The notes: generated by a model not told the origin, from the letters alone. 64,000 bases of DNA from Candidatus Borrarchaeum weybense (GCA_019057385.1 JAHQJS010000006.1:32001-96000), one strand, 5' to 3'; numbered from the stretch's first letter, positions 40,980-51,265 are shown. Made by a program: numbers and translations.

Positions 40980-41960
40980 TTACTTTCCTACAAAAAAGAG
41001 AAATCGAAGTCGTATAAGTATCTTTAGGAGAACCGATATCTGAAAAATCTTTATAATTCTAAAGAGTAATTTGTAGAGGTTTGATGGATGGTATTTAACT
41101 CCTTCAGCCATCAGTGTAAAAGCGTCGTTTTTTTTATGTTGTCTTAACAATAGAAAACTCCAATAGTTATAACGGCGAAATATTGCTTTTTTTTCAAAAG
41201 AGGATAATGGTGTTTCCAAGAACTGTTGTAGATCTTTAGTAAGTGCCTTTTCACTAATTCCCTTCTCTCTTGCAAAAGCTAATCGCCTTGCAAATATTCC
41301 CATTCTCCTTTGAACAGCAATTTTTTTGTAAGTAAAAGAATGGACGCTTAAACGACGTATATATAAAGGAGTTGATAGATTCGCGGCTTCAAAGTTTTCA
41401 ACAAATCTCAACCATAGATCGTAATCCTGTGTTGTAAAAAAAATCTCTCTGTAACCTCCCACTTCAAAAAAAGACTGCCGCTTAAATATTACTGAACCAT
41501 GACAGAAAAGATTATCTTGTTTTATAATTTTCTGGATGGAAGAATAATCACATGGATATTTTCTCGTGTGGATATATGCACCTCTTCCGTCTATAATTTT
41601 AACTGCAGTACCAATCAGGGCCAGATTATTATGACTTTCTAAGAATTCGATCTGTTTTTCAAGTCTTTCGGGCATTGAAATATCATCGGCATCCTGGCGT
41701 GCAATATATTCTCCTTTTGCCAGTGCGATCCCTTTATTTAAGGATTTTGTTAACCCTATGTTTTCTTGGTGAATTAAAACAATACGTGAATCATTATATG
41801 ACTCAAGAATCTCTCGTGTGCCATCAGTAGAGCCATCATTTATGACAATGAATTCAAAATCTTTAAAGGTTTGATTTAGGATGCTGGCAATAGCTATACG
41901 GAGATATTTTTCGTTGTTGTAGACAGGCATCACTACGCTAACTTTGGGTACATGTTCCAT
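40980..41960 (-). CDS. GT2 glycosyltransferase (paralog of 30184-31191)
   Basis: VSVVMPVYNNE, INDGSTD, ARQDADD, QDYDLWLR. Confidence 0.93.
   Translation of the reverse strand: MEHVPKVSVVMPVYNNEKYLRIAIASILNQTFKDFEFIVINDGSTDGTREILESYNDSRIVLIHQENIGLTKSLNKGIALAKGEYIARQDADDISMPERLEKQIEFLESHNNLALIGTAVKIIDGRGAYIHTRKYPCDYSSIQKIIKQDNLFCHGSVIFKRQSFFEVGGYREIFFTTQDYDLWLRFVENFEAANLSTPLYIRRLSVHSFTYKKIAVQRRMGIFARRLAFAREKGISEKALTKDLQQFLETPLSSFEKKAIFRRYNYWSFLLLRQHKKNDAFTLMAEGVKYHPSNLYKLLFRIIKIFQISVLLKILIRLRFLFFVGK
41636..41885 (-). repeat. 250-bp near-perfect inverted repeat, right copy (partner 30259-30508)
   Basis: Reverse complement of 30259-30508 with 2 mismatches. Confidence 0.95.
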
Positions 41961-41972
41961 TACTTCTAACCC

Positions 41973-42737
41973 TTATATTGGTTTTACTACAGCCCAAATT
42001 TCTCCCCAGCGAATTTCATACGTTTCTGCCTTTAATTCTGCCCGTTCTAGTTCTTCAAAAAATGTTTCCTGTGTATACTCAATATAATGTGTACGATCCA
42101 ATCGATAGTCCAGCCCTAGTTCCTTCATCAGGGGCACCCGCCAGTCACGCTCAAAAAGTGGAACTCTTAGAAGATATTTGTCTGAACCAATTCTATTCTT
42201 AAGCTGCTTTAGGAATTTAACGCGATGTTCAATGTGTTCTAGAACATTTGACAATATTATTATATCGAATTTTTTGTCTGGTAGATCCGTCAAGGCGTTT
42301 CCCACTATGAATGTCAAATTTGGGTGTTTATAGTATTTCTTTGCGAATTCAATATAGTTCTTATTTAAATCAATACCTAACAATTTAACATTCTTCACAT
42401 TAGTGACAATGTCATACGATAAAAAACCATTTCCACAGCCTAAATCTAAAATGTGGTCGCTATCATTTATATTTTTGATAAAAAAATTATGATATCTAGT
42501 AAGCCTATGTTTTACATGTAAGCCGTCTCCATAGCGTTTTGATTCCCGTCCTGTTAACGAATATATTACTCGGTCTAATTGCAACAACAATCTTAGTGAA
42601 TCAGAGGGCTTTTTTTCTGATGATAGCAATATTTTGATAATAAGTGTGATTACTGATACTTTCTTGTTACTTGATATTTCACCTAATTTGGGTAAACTAG
42701 ATGCTATTATTCTTAACAAAACTTTAAATGAATTCAT
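41973..42737 (-). CDS. Class I SAM-dependent methyltransferase (only intact copy of three)
   Basis: ILDLGCGNG, LGIDLN, SNVLEHI. Confidence 0.9.
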   Translation of the reverse strand: MNSFKVLLRIIASSLPKLGEISSNKKVSVITLIIKILLSSEKKPSDSLRLLLQLDRVIYSLTGRESKRYGDGLHVKHRLTRYHNFFIKNINDSDHILDLGCGNGFLSYDIVTNVKNVKLLGIDLNKNYIEFAKKYYKHPNLTFIVGNALTDLPDKKFDIIILSNVLEHIEHRVKFLKQLKNRIGSDKYLLRVPLFERDWRVPLMKELGLDYRLDRTHYIEYTQETFFEELERAELKAETYEIRWGEIWAVVKPI

Positions 42738-43045
42738 GAAGCAAGAACCTCTTTAATGGCTTCAATCTCCATATATAATACATTATCCAAAGAATATTTT
42801 GTTAAAATATAATTTCTAGCATTTCTGCCAAGCTTATTCTGAAGCGACTCATCGAACATAAGTGTCTCTATCGTTTCTGCAATACTCTTGAAGTCAGTTT
42901 TGCAGAAATAACCTGTTACTAAATGTTCAATATCTTTTCTTATACCTGCAACATTCGTTCCAATACAGGATAAGCCACAACTCATGGCTTCAAGCAATAC
43001 TTTTTTAGTGAAAAATAATGTCAGTATTGTGTCAATAAGTTTCAT
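42734..43045 (-). pseudogene. GT4 with in-frame internal deletion (module copy 2)
   Basis: MKLIDTILTLFFTKK is joined directly to VLLEAMSCG; about 270 codons present in paralogs 28756 and 53569 are missing. Confidence 0.85.
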
Positions 43046-43197
43046 AACTAATTACCAACATATTTTTTAAAATTCTCTCTCAGTCTTCAATATCTCGAAA
43101 CTCATAACTCTATAAAATATGCTACACATTACTCAAACGATTAGAAAAATCAAAAGAACGCTCTTCCTAGTATAATCAATAGCATTCTCGATATTAT

Positions 43198-45234
43198 TCA
43201 TGAATCTACATTCTTTAAGGTCTTCCACACGGTATATATTGACAAATACTTATCTGCGATTTCATCCAGTTTAGGGATGGAGATCAGTTTTTGAAATAAC
43301 TTATAATTCCTAGCTAAGCGAAACAACTGTGTCAGAATCTCTTCTTTATTGTTGAATCCAAGTCCTCCGTAGCCCACTAGTTCGGGATGTCCTCCTTCAT
43401 TTAGGTATAAGGCCGGTAGGCCACATGCTAAAGCTTCGATGAGCGCATTGGAACAAGGATCATTCTTACTGGCAGTTATATATATGTCATGATTGCGCAA
43501 TATATCTCCTAGCGCTTCTGAAGGCTGAGGAGAAATATTGTGAATATTATCAAATTCAAATGGAGTGTTTCCAACGAAAGTATATTCGAATCTGTCCCAA
43601 TCTAAATGATCTTCAATCCATTTATATGTTTCGAATCCTTTGCGTAGATTATCTGACCAACTTGTAGAAATTAGGCGAATCTTTCTACGTGAAGAATATG
43701 GGATCTTTCCATTACTATGAAAAATTCTGGCATCCACCGCATTTGGAATGATGATAGGTCTTCTTGGAGTATATCCCATTTCAACAGTCTTTTGATAACT
43801 CCAATAGGATTGGAACACGGTAAAATCTGCTACCGTATTATTAATCTTAAATACTTTATCATCAAGCCCTTTATCCTTGCCCCTTACCACGACAGTAGGA
43901 CCATCTACCCTGTGCACCATGCAGATATTACTATAATCCTTTCTTTGTCGATTAAATTTGTCCATGTCAAATGTGAATGAGTTGAGTACACAAATTTTAG
44001 AAGTGCTTCCTAGTCTTGTAGAAACTTTCCATCGTTTATTCTCCATTGCTTTTTTCAAAGCCATAAGGAATTGGTTTCCACCTCCCCAAGGCGGCTTATG
44101 AAAGGCATGTAAAATTGTTATGACTCCTCGTTTCGTTAATCTATCACGTAAACGACTGAAAAAGGATGCATTTAATCTTATTCTATTCTCTAGTTTATCT
44201 AAAGTCTTTGATCGTACTTTTCGACTTGTCAATTCACGATAAATTCGTGTCCAATATCTTCCTACGGCTTCTAGAGTGTGTTCTTCTTTAATTCTTTGAT
44301 AATTGAGTTCAATAAATTCCGATAAATTGTTTGTTTCAATATCGTTGATTATTAAGGTAATTCCTTCTACCGGGTCTGGGTATATTGTTTTTAAGGCCAG
44401 AATATCGGTAGCTTGCCCGACGTTTGTGCTAATTATTTTGCATTTAGCAGTAGCACATTCTATTATAGCTTTTGGACCACCTTCTAGGCGACCGGTTACT
44501 AAATATAAATCGACTATGTTATAAAGAAAATTGATGGTTTCTTGAGGAAGCGTATTGATATAAAGGTCATCTTCTTCGACTTCTAGCCTCTTTCCGACAT
44601 AGACAAAAGGTATTGAATATCGTGAAAGTTGTTTAAATAACCAAAATCTTCTAGGTCCCGCTAATACTACACAAATATTTTTCTTTTGTTGATAGAGTCT
44701 TTTTATCACTTCGAAAAAAACATCAGGCCCTTTAATATATTTAGGTGTCTTAAGGTCGCCCCCCTCAGTATCCCTTTGAAAACTGCCAATAAGATATTTA
44801 TCCCTTGGTATATTGTATTTTTTGCAAAATTCATCTAATATAGGATCTCTCTTATCTATTTTGTAAAATATCTTCAAGTTAACAGGGTAAGGTACGTAAT
44901 CTCCATCAAAATGACAATCATCAAGCATTTTTTTGGCCCTTTTGGACATCACAATCCATTTATCCACGAACGGCAATACTCTGAGATAATTGGGATGCAT
45001 CAGCATATTCTTGACATCGTGTGGGATATGTGCTATAACATATTTCTCTGCAAGATATCCGGAATCAATCATTTGGAGGGCAGTCCAGTTCACCGAATGG
45101 ATGATGTTACAATTTTTAAGATCGGTGAATTCGCAAAAGGGTGATAAGCACCTTCTTAAGAGATTAAGATCATCCGCAGTTGCCCATTTAACTGGATCCC
45201 CTCCCATCAAGAATACTTTATACATCTTTTGCAC
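43198..45234 (-). CDS. Tandem two-domain GT4-like glycosyltransferase
   Basis: N-half IGSFQRD/KGPD/EGGPKAIIE resembles 25694; C-half WGGGNQF/HRVDGP/NDPCSNALIEA resembles 23429. Confidence 0.88.
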   Translation of the reverse strand: MQKMYKVFLMGGDPVKWATADDLNLLRRCLSPFCEFTDLKNCNIIHSVNWTALQMIDSGYLAEKYVIAHIPHDVKNMLMHPNYLRVLPFVDKWIVMSKRAKKMLDDCHFDGDYVPYPVNLKIFYKIDKRDPILDEFCKKYNIPRDKYLIGSFQRDTEGGDLKTPKYIKGPDVFFEVIKRLYQQKKNICVVLAGPRRFWLFKQLSRYSIPFVYVGKRLEVEEDDLYINTLPQETINFLYNIVDLYLVTGRLEGGPKAIIECATAKCKIISTNVGQATDILALKTIYPDPVEGITLIINDIETNNLSEFIELNYQRIKEEHTLEAVGRYWTRIYRELTSRKVRSKTLDKLENRIRLNASFFSRLRDRLTKRGVITILHAFHKPPWGGGNQFLMALKKAMENKRWKVSTRLGSTSKICVLNSFTFDMDKFNRQRKDYSNICMVHRVDGPTVVVRGKDKGLDDKVFKINNTVADFTVFQSYWSYQKTVEMGYTPRRPIIIPNAVDARIFHSNGKIPYSSRRKIRLISTSWSDNLRKGFETYKWIEDHLDWDRFEYTFVGNTPFEFDNIHNISPQPSEALGDILRNHDIYITASKNDPCSNALIEALACGLPALYLNEGGHPELVGYGGLGFNNKEEILTQLFRLARNYKLFQKLISIPKLDEIADKYLSIYTVWKTLKNVDS

Positions 45235-45248
45235 GCTACATCATATAC

Positions 45249-46013
45249 TTAAAGCGGTTTAGTGGCAATTATGCCATATCCTGTTGTGTAACTGTTAAAA
45301 AACTGATTTTTTTTAAAAAATGGTCTCCTATCAAACTTCAGAGCAATTCTTTTTCCAAATACTGCTAATTTGTAAATCGTCAACCTCATAAGCCTCTTAA
45401 TTCTTGACTTCATTCTCTCTTTTATAATTTCATAGGCAAAACCAGTTAGCATTTCAGAGGCAACGCTAAAAAAAAGTCCCTGTCTTTCAGTTTTAATATT
45501 CTGAAATCCAATAGCATTAAGGATCGTTTGCCAGTAATACTCTGTATATCGTCCATAATCTTGCGGATCAGGATGTATCCTGTGAAGGAAAGGTACACTA
45601 ACCAGCAATAGACCTCCGGGTTTTAAGACGCGAAAGGCCTCTTTTATTACCTTTATTGGATCCAATACATGCTCTAAAAGCTCAGAGCATACAACTCCAT
45701 CGAAAGAACTGTCTGGAACAGGGATATCCGCAACATCACAAAAGAAATCAGGTTCCGTGGAAGCATCGATATTAGCGTATTTTACGGATAGAGGATAACT
45801 TTCGATATTGAAATATCCCCTTTTGTTTTTCTTTTTGCCACCCATATCTAATATGTTTGCTCCTTGCTTAAACAAACAAATATTTCGAATGTAGAATTCA
45901 TCTATATAATATCGTCTAAGAGTTAAAAATGTGTATATCTTCTCATTTTTCCTTTTTATCAGACACTTGCCCTCCGGTAGGTCCATAGAGATCATAGTTA
46001 TTGAGTGAAGCAC
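45249..46013 (-). CDS. Class I SAM-dependent methyltransferase
   Basis: ILDMGG, CSELLEHV, RVLKPGG, HPDPQDYGRYT. Confidence 0.9.
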   Translation of the reverse strand: MLHSITMISMDLPEGKCLIKRKNEKIYTFLTLRRYYIDEFYIRNICLFKQGANILDMGGKKKNKRGYFNIESYPLSVKYANIDASTEPDFFCDVADIPVPDSSFDGVVCSELLEHVLDPIKVIKEAFRVLKPGGLLLVSVPFLHRIHPDPQDYGRYTEYYWQTILNAIGFQNIKTERQGLFFSVASEMLTGFAYEIIKERMKSRIKRLMRLTIYKLAVFGKRIALKFDRRPFFKKNQFFNSYTTGYGIIATKPL

Positions 46014-46212
46014 ATTTTTTAAATTTCAAGAAAGCCATTGAAATGATAATAAGGGGTTTTAAATACTCATATCATACTTTCCCATTCAGCACAAATAAAA
46101 AGCTTTTCTTCATGTAGATCAGATTAAAGCATCATCTTAATGTGTTATAGGTAAACTTATTTACTCTCTTAAAACTGATAAGATCTAAACGTTGTTAAAA
46201 ATGAAATAAGGA

Positions 46213-47124
46213 ATGAAAATGCCCATAAATACTAAGAAAATGGAAATAGATAACACTATTTATAAACTTGAAGTTCGAGAAAACGCTTTTCAGGATGATG
46301 AGGCAACTCGAATATTGATTCCTGCATTTTTAAAAAATAAAACCGCAGCAGAATTGACTCGAATCTGTATTGACAGTATTATTAAATATACTGAGGAACC
46401 TTATGAACTCTGGTATATTGATAACAATTCGCCCCAGAAATTTACAGAATGGTTGGATCAATATCCTCAAATTAACATAATTTTTAACAAGACCGAACCA
46501 GTTAATCCATTTCGATATAGAAAAGGATATATGAAGAAAAGAGACCAAACAAAAGATGCTTCTTATGCTAATGCGATTGGATTAGAACTCGGTTGTAACG
46601 TTATCAAAGATACTGCAAAATTCGTTTTTGTAATGCATAGTGATATTTTAATTACAAAAAACGGTTGGTTAAAATTTCTAAAATCAAAATTAAATGAAAA
46701 AATAAAAGCAATTGGCATAAGAAAAGACAGGATAAGAGTTCATGCGCTCCACGTTGGAGGACTTTTTTTTGATTTCTCACTATTTAAAAAGTTAGAGATG
46801 AGTTTTCTACCTAACATAAAATGTGAAAGATATCCCAACCGTCCAGAATATGATGTAGGTGATGATATTACAATTAAATTAAAAGAAAATAACTTTGGAG
46901 TTTTTACTTGCAAAAATACCTTTAATGACATTCAATTAAATGAACTTATTCCTCCAAATAATCCGATAAAAGAATTAAAATGTGATAAGGCATTTGATGA
47001 TACAAATGAAATATTTTACCTCCATTTAGGAAGAGGTGCGCCAAAATCATTCGGGAAATACAAAAGAAAAAATAAGTTGACTGCTGAACAATGGATAGAT
47101 TTTGCAAAAAACTATATCTTATAA
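46213..47124 (+). CDS. GT2-like glycosyltransferase
   Basis: CIDSI, YIDNNS, MHSDIL, YDVG, HLGRG. Confidence 0.7.
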   Translation: MKMPINTKKMEIDNTIYKLEVRENAFQDDEATRILIPAFLKNKTAAELTRICIDSIIKYTEEPYELWYIDNNSPQKFTEWLDQYPQINIIFNKTEPVNPFRYRKGYMKKRDQTKDASYANAIGLELGCNVIKDTAKFVFVMHSDILITKNGWLKFLKSKLNEKIKAIGIRKDRIRVHALHVGGLFFDFSLFKKLEMSFLPNIKCERYPNRPEYDVGDDITIKLKENNFGVFTCKNTFNDIQLNELIPPNNPIKELKCDKAFDDTNEIFYLHLGRGAPKSFGKYKRKNKLTAEQWIDFAKNYIL

Positions 47125-47197
47125 ACAAAACGATCCTTAGTTATTGAAGTTTTTACGAGTAATATATTCTACTACTGTAACTGTAGAAGTGGCGAAA

Positions 47198-47918
47198 ATG
47201 AAACAATAACTAGTGAAGTTCATAAACTCATTTTTAAATCCAATATTTAAGCGATTTATATTATTTAAGAGAACGAAAAAGAGAACTAAATTCAGATTCA
47301 TGCATGACAAGGTTCTTAATACCACAATCAAGTATGATGACGCTCATAGGAAACATCTTCATCTACAATTACATCGATCTCTATCTGAGGAGAATATTAA
47401 GACATCTAAACGGTATATGTATTTAATAAATCGCTTAAGAGAAATTATTACCCCCTCAAACATGAGATTTTTGTGTGTTAGATGCAGGTCTGTTGGAGAA
47501 ACCAATTATTTTAAATCTATTGGAGCAAAAAGAGTTATCAGGATCGATCTTTTTTCTGAGAGTGAAGATATAATGATAATGGATGCATGATATGACTTTC
47601 GAAGATAATAATGTTGATGTCATATTCCGTTGTCATTCTCTTGAACATGCGCGCGATTACAAAAAAACTGTTAAAGAATTTACAAGAGTTGCAAAGAATG
47701 ATTCGATCTTTTTAATTGAAGTTCCAGTGAACTATGAAACTAAAGGCGCTGATTTGTGGGATTTCAAATCATTACAAGATCTCAAGAAGGTATTCCAACC
47801 ATACATTGGAAAAATATTGTTTGAAGAATCTCTAGGAAAGGATGCAAAAAACAATTTTGGTACGACGGATATAATAAGGTTAATTTTTAGGATTAAGAAG
47901 AGGATTAATGGATTTTAA
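47198..47918 (+). pseudogene. Frameshifted methyltransferase
   Basis: ATG AAA CAA TAA early stop; split at 47583-47590 (ATGGATGCATGAT, consistent with a 2-bp loss from MDMHD); motif glycines appear replaced (LCVRCR, VIRIDL); HSLEH in the second piece. Confidence 0.8.
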
Positions 47919-48025
47919 GCAACTCTAACTAATTAAATTCAGAGACACACCGCATCACACGAGAACTTTTTTTTATCAAACAGAATTACCTGCAATACGA
48001 TTAAATCCTTTCTTAATTAATTTGA

Positions 48026-48652
48026 TTATTTTTTCCCGATTATTAAAATGCTATCACACCAATCAATGCGATAAATTTGATTTATATATCTTGCCAGTAT
48101 TCTCTCAATAATTCCTTTAGGATGTCTTTTGCTATAACGTGATATTTCAATTACTTCAAGGCCTGCATATTTATATAACATATACAAAGCTTTGTATTCC
48201 CAATAAGTGATATGAGTGATATTTGTTCTTTGACGTACGGGATGATGGATATTAGGAACAGTTGAAATTAAATAACCATTTTTTTCAAGATGTTTTGAAA
48301 GTATACAAAATAGATCTATACTATCTTGCAGACTAATATGCTCAAAAACTTGATTCGCAACAATTAAAGAAAACCGTTCATCATTAGGAATTTCTTCGAC
48401 CGAAGAATAAGTAAAGTCACCACACGGGTCATTATCTAATGAAAAATATAAATCGTCTTTTAACTTTAAAAATTTCTGTAAAGGTTTTTCTTTTCCTGCA
48501 CCAACATCTAGGACTTTTCCACTATGATAAAGATTTACAATTCTTTTTTGATGATTTTTTAATATTGGTAAATCTTTAATAGAGCCAAACCTCAAAAAGC
48601 ACTCTCTCAGACAATCAGAGAAAAATCCGTATTCGAATTTTTTTGTATTCAT
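48026..48652 (-). CDS. Class I SAM-dependent methyltransferase
   Basis: VLDVGAG, NQVFEHI, STVPN; SD AGGAGG. Confidence 0.88.
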   Translation of the reverse strand: MNTKKFEYGFFSDCLRECFLRFGSIKDLPILKNHQKRIVNLYHSGKVLDVGAGKEKPLQKFLKLKDDLYFSLDNDPCGDFTYSSVEEIPNDERFSLIVANQVFEHISLQDSIDLFCILSKHLEKNGYLISTVPNIHHPVRQRTNITHITYWEYKALYMLYKYAGLEVIEISRYSKRHPKGIIERILARYINQIYRIDWCDSILIIGKK

Positions 48653-48698
48653 GCCTAGCCTCCTTTCATAAACTCAAGAATTATTTATATGATTTCTC

Positions 48699-48943
48699 AA
48701 TACAACCCCTCAACTTGTTGGAGGGGAGGGATGAAGTGCGTTACGTTGTTCACTTTCACGATACTCTGTAACCCTTAAATACTGTTTCGCATAGCTCATA
48801 TGTAGAATTGAGCTGAGGTAACACTCACCAGGCTCACATTCACATCACGTTCAGGGCAGGAATTGTCCGTTGAGCATGTGTGACATGTCCCGTTGGGAAT
48901 GAATGATTCAGGAAGCTAGCCTACTTGTAGGGTGGTAGTTAAC
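48699..48943 (+). mobile_element. Non-autonomous IS200/IS605 derivative retaining left end, promoter, omegaRNA-like scaffold and right end (tnpB deleted)
   Basis: Left-end hairpin CCCCTCAACTTGTTGGAGGGG...GATGAAG; TTAAATA box 48775; GAGGT SD; AGGGCAGGAATTGTCC (GQELSVEHV, TnpB-tail-like); right end CAGGAAGCTAGCCTACTTGTAGGGTGGTAGTTAAC. Confidence 0.7.
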
Positions 48944-49119
48944 TATGTCTATGCAATAACATGGATCTTTCTTCTTCTTTTCTCATTCCGATTATAGATA
49001 GTTGAAAAGCTATTTGTGAATATGTTCTTTATATTTTGAAAAAAATTTAAAATACCACAAATCTGCACCTATCAACTTTAAATCCTTTTTTAAACAATAA
49101 TTTCTCATTAAGCATCTTT

Positions 49120-50430
49120 TTAATCAATGAATTCCATTTTCCATTCACTTTTGGTATGTACTAGTCCTCTTGGAATGGCATCTCCTTCAATGATAAACGG
49201 TTTTAAATCAGATATTCTTTCATAAATCTCATTGGTAATCCCATTTCTTATGCTGAAAATCATAGAATATACTCCAGGAACTAAACTGGGTGTTAAGAAC
49301 TTCACAATTAACCTGTATTTACCTTTCAAAATATTACTAAATCTGATTTTATCGTACTCATTACTTATATGCCATATACAGTTGTTAACATTCATTGATT
49401 CAGCCCTAATTGCAACTGAAAAGTAAAGTTCCTCGAAATGCTTAGTTGTTTCAAACTCAAAGAATGTTATAAGTGGTTTTTCAACTTTAATTTTTTCAGT
49501 TAAGTTCCCAAATTCATCCAAAATTCCCGCGTCACCAAAAATGAAGTCTCCAGATGATATACGTACACCAGGAAGGACCATCTGTTTTTTGTTTTTGATA
49601 TCTGTAAGGCTTCTCTCCCTTGCCATTTCATGATATTTTGATAAAGCTTCGTGAGTCTTTCCCAGGAAAACTTGTTTGCCATTGTTGAGTATCAACACTC
49701 TGTCGCACAATTGTCTTATATGCCCTAAATTATGGCTGACGAAAACTATTGCGTAGGCATTTTCTAAAACTTGACTTACTCGACGCAAACTTTTATTTTG
49801 AAAAGCCAAATCACCAACAGATAAAACTTCATCGATTAATAATACTTCAGGTTCGCAATGCACAGCAACAGAGAAGCCTAATCTTACAAACATCCCAGAA
49901 CTATAGTTTTTCACTGGTGAATCAAGAAAATCACCGATATCTGCAAACTTAACGATATCATCAAATTTCTCCTCAATTTCTTCCTTACTCATGCCCAGTA
50001 TAGCACCGTTTATATAGATGTTTTCTCTTCCTGTTAGCATGGGATGAAACCCTGCCCCAACGGCTATCAGTGCACCAGTTTTGCCTTTTATAGTGATTTT
50101 TCCTTTATCCGGCATATAAATCCCGTTCATTATTGATAAAAGCGATGTTTTACCAGCACCGTTAGGACCGATAATTCCGAGACATTCACCTTTTTTCACC
50201 TCAAAAGATACATCATTTAGAGCCCAGAATTCATCTTTTCTAAGTATGTCAGGCTTTGCGGACATCCGCAAAATATTTCTGATAGTGTCTTTTATGCCAT
50301 AGGCCATGGACCGCCTGAGTGACCTAGAAAACTTCTTTGAAACATTTTCAGCTTTGATGACAACCTCATCATTTTCTGAGAAAATTTCATCATCATCTTT
50401 TAAGACTAAAATTCTATATCCGCTCCGCAA
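49120..50430 (-). CDS. wzt: ABC polysaccharide exporter ATPase with C-terminal Wzt_C-type domain (copy 2)
   Basis: GPNGAGKT, YSSGM, LLIDEVLSVGD; paralog of 21102-22391. Start uncertain. Confidence 0.92.
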   Translation of the reverse strand: MRSGYRILVLKDDDEIFSENDEVVIKAENVSKKFSRSLRRSMAYGIKDTIRNILRMSAKPDILRKDEFWALNDVSFEVKKGECLGIIGPNGAGKTSLLSIMNGIYMPDKGKITIKGKTGALIAVGAGFHPMLTGRENIYINGAILGMSKEEIEEKFDDIVKFADIGDFLDSPVKNYSSGMFVRLGFSVAVHCEPEVLLIDEVLSVGDLAFQNKSLRRVSQVLENAYAIVFVSHNLGHIRQLCDRVLILNNGKQVFLGKTHEALSKYHEMARERSLTDIKNKKQMVLPGVRISSGDFIFGDAGILDEFGNLTEKIKVEKPLITFFEFETTKHFEELYFSVAIRAESMNVNNCIWHISNEYDKIRFSNILKGKYRLIVKFLTPSLVPGVYSMIFSIRNGITNEIYERISDLKPFIIEGDAIPRGLVHTKSEWKMEFID

Positions 50431-51265
50431 TTCTTGTTTCTGCTAGATGAAAGGACATCCAACAGAAGAAAAAGACGAATACCGAAAGGCCACAGGAGAT
50501 AAAATAGCTTAAGGGATGACTTAAAGTTCCAGTCAGGGCAATCTCCCTCGGTCCTATAGAAAGATAATACAAGGGGTTGATGCGAGCCAATGTAACTACA
50601 AAGCCACTTTCGGGAAGTTCATAAGCTATGGGAGTAATGAACAATAAAAAGGTTAAGCCAAGGGTAAGTATGCGTCCCAAATCTCTTATGATGCCATTTA
50701 TAATTGAGCAGATGAAGCCTAGGCCACAGCTCAATAATAATATGGGAACAGCCATCAGTGGAAACATCACAAATTGCCAGTGAGGAATGAAATTATAAAC
50801 TCCAAACAAAATAAACACTGCTCCCAGTTGAAACAAAAACGAGATGATGGTATTCCCAAATGTAGCAAAGACTAAGGCTTCCCGTGGAAAATTAATCTTT
50901 TTAAGCATCCCACCAGCACTTACAAGCGAATTGGTACTCTGAACTAGCCCGGTGACAAATAATTGCCAGAAGGACAACCCAAGGAGTGCGTAGATCACAT
51001 AAGGTACCTCTATAGCTCCCACACTAAAAAATCCGGAGCTTCTCAACACTATAAAGGTAGCAAGCGTTACCAGCGGTATGATAAGCGCCCAGGCGACACC
51101 TAAGATTGATTGTCCATATTGTCCTTTAAAGTCCCTGACAAACAGTTGCTGGATTAACCAGTTGCTTTCTTTCGTATTGTGGAATATTTCTTTCCAGAGA
51201 ATTCTATAACCTCTTTTTATTGATTGTTCTGGCTCATATACTGTTATATTTTCTTCTTTGACCAT
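50414..51265 (-). CDS. wzm: ABC-2 polysaccharide exporter permease (copy 2)
   Basis: Full-length paralog of 20245-21096 (both end ETRIAERI). ATG 51265 aligns with the paralog start. Confidence 0.9.
   Translation of the reverse strand: MVKEENITVYEPEQSIKRGYRILWKEIFHNTKESNWLIQQLFVRDFKGQYGQSILGVAWALIIPLVTLATFIVLRSSGFFSVGAIEVPYVIYALLGLSFWQLFVTGLVQSTNSLVSAGGMLKKINFPREALVFATFGNTIISFLFQLGAVFILFGVYNFIPHWQFVMFPLMAVPILLLSCGLGFICSIINGIIRDLGRILTLGLTFLLFITPIAYELPESGFVVTLARINPLYYLSIGPREIALTGTLSHPLSYFISCGLSVFVFFFCWMSFHLAETRIAERI

Noticed and set aside
30259-41885. Near-identical repeat as a diversity-generating retroelement TR/VR pair
   Set aside because: Only two synonymous mismatches, both copies inside intact genes, and no reverse transcriptase in the window.
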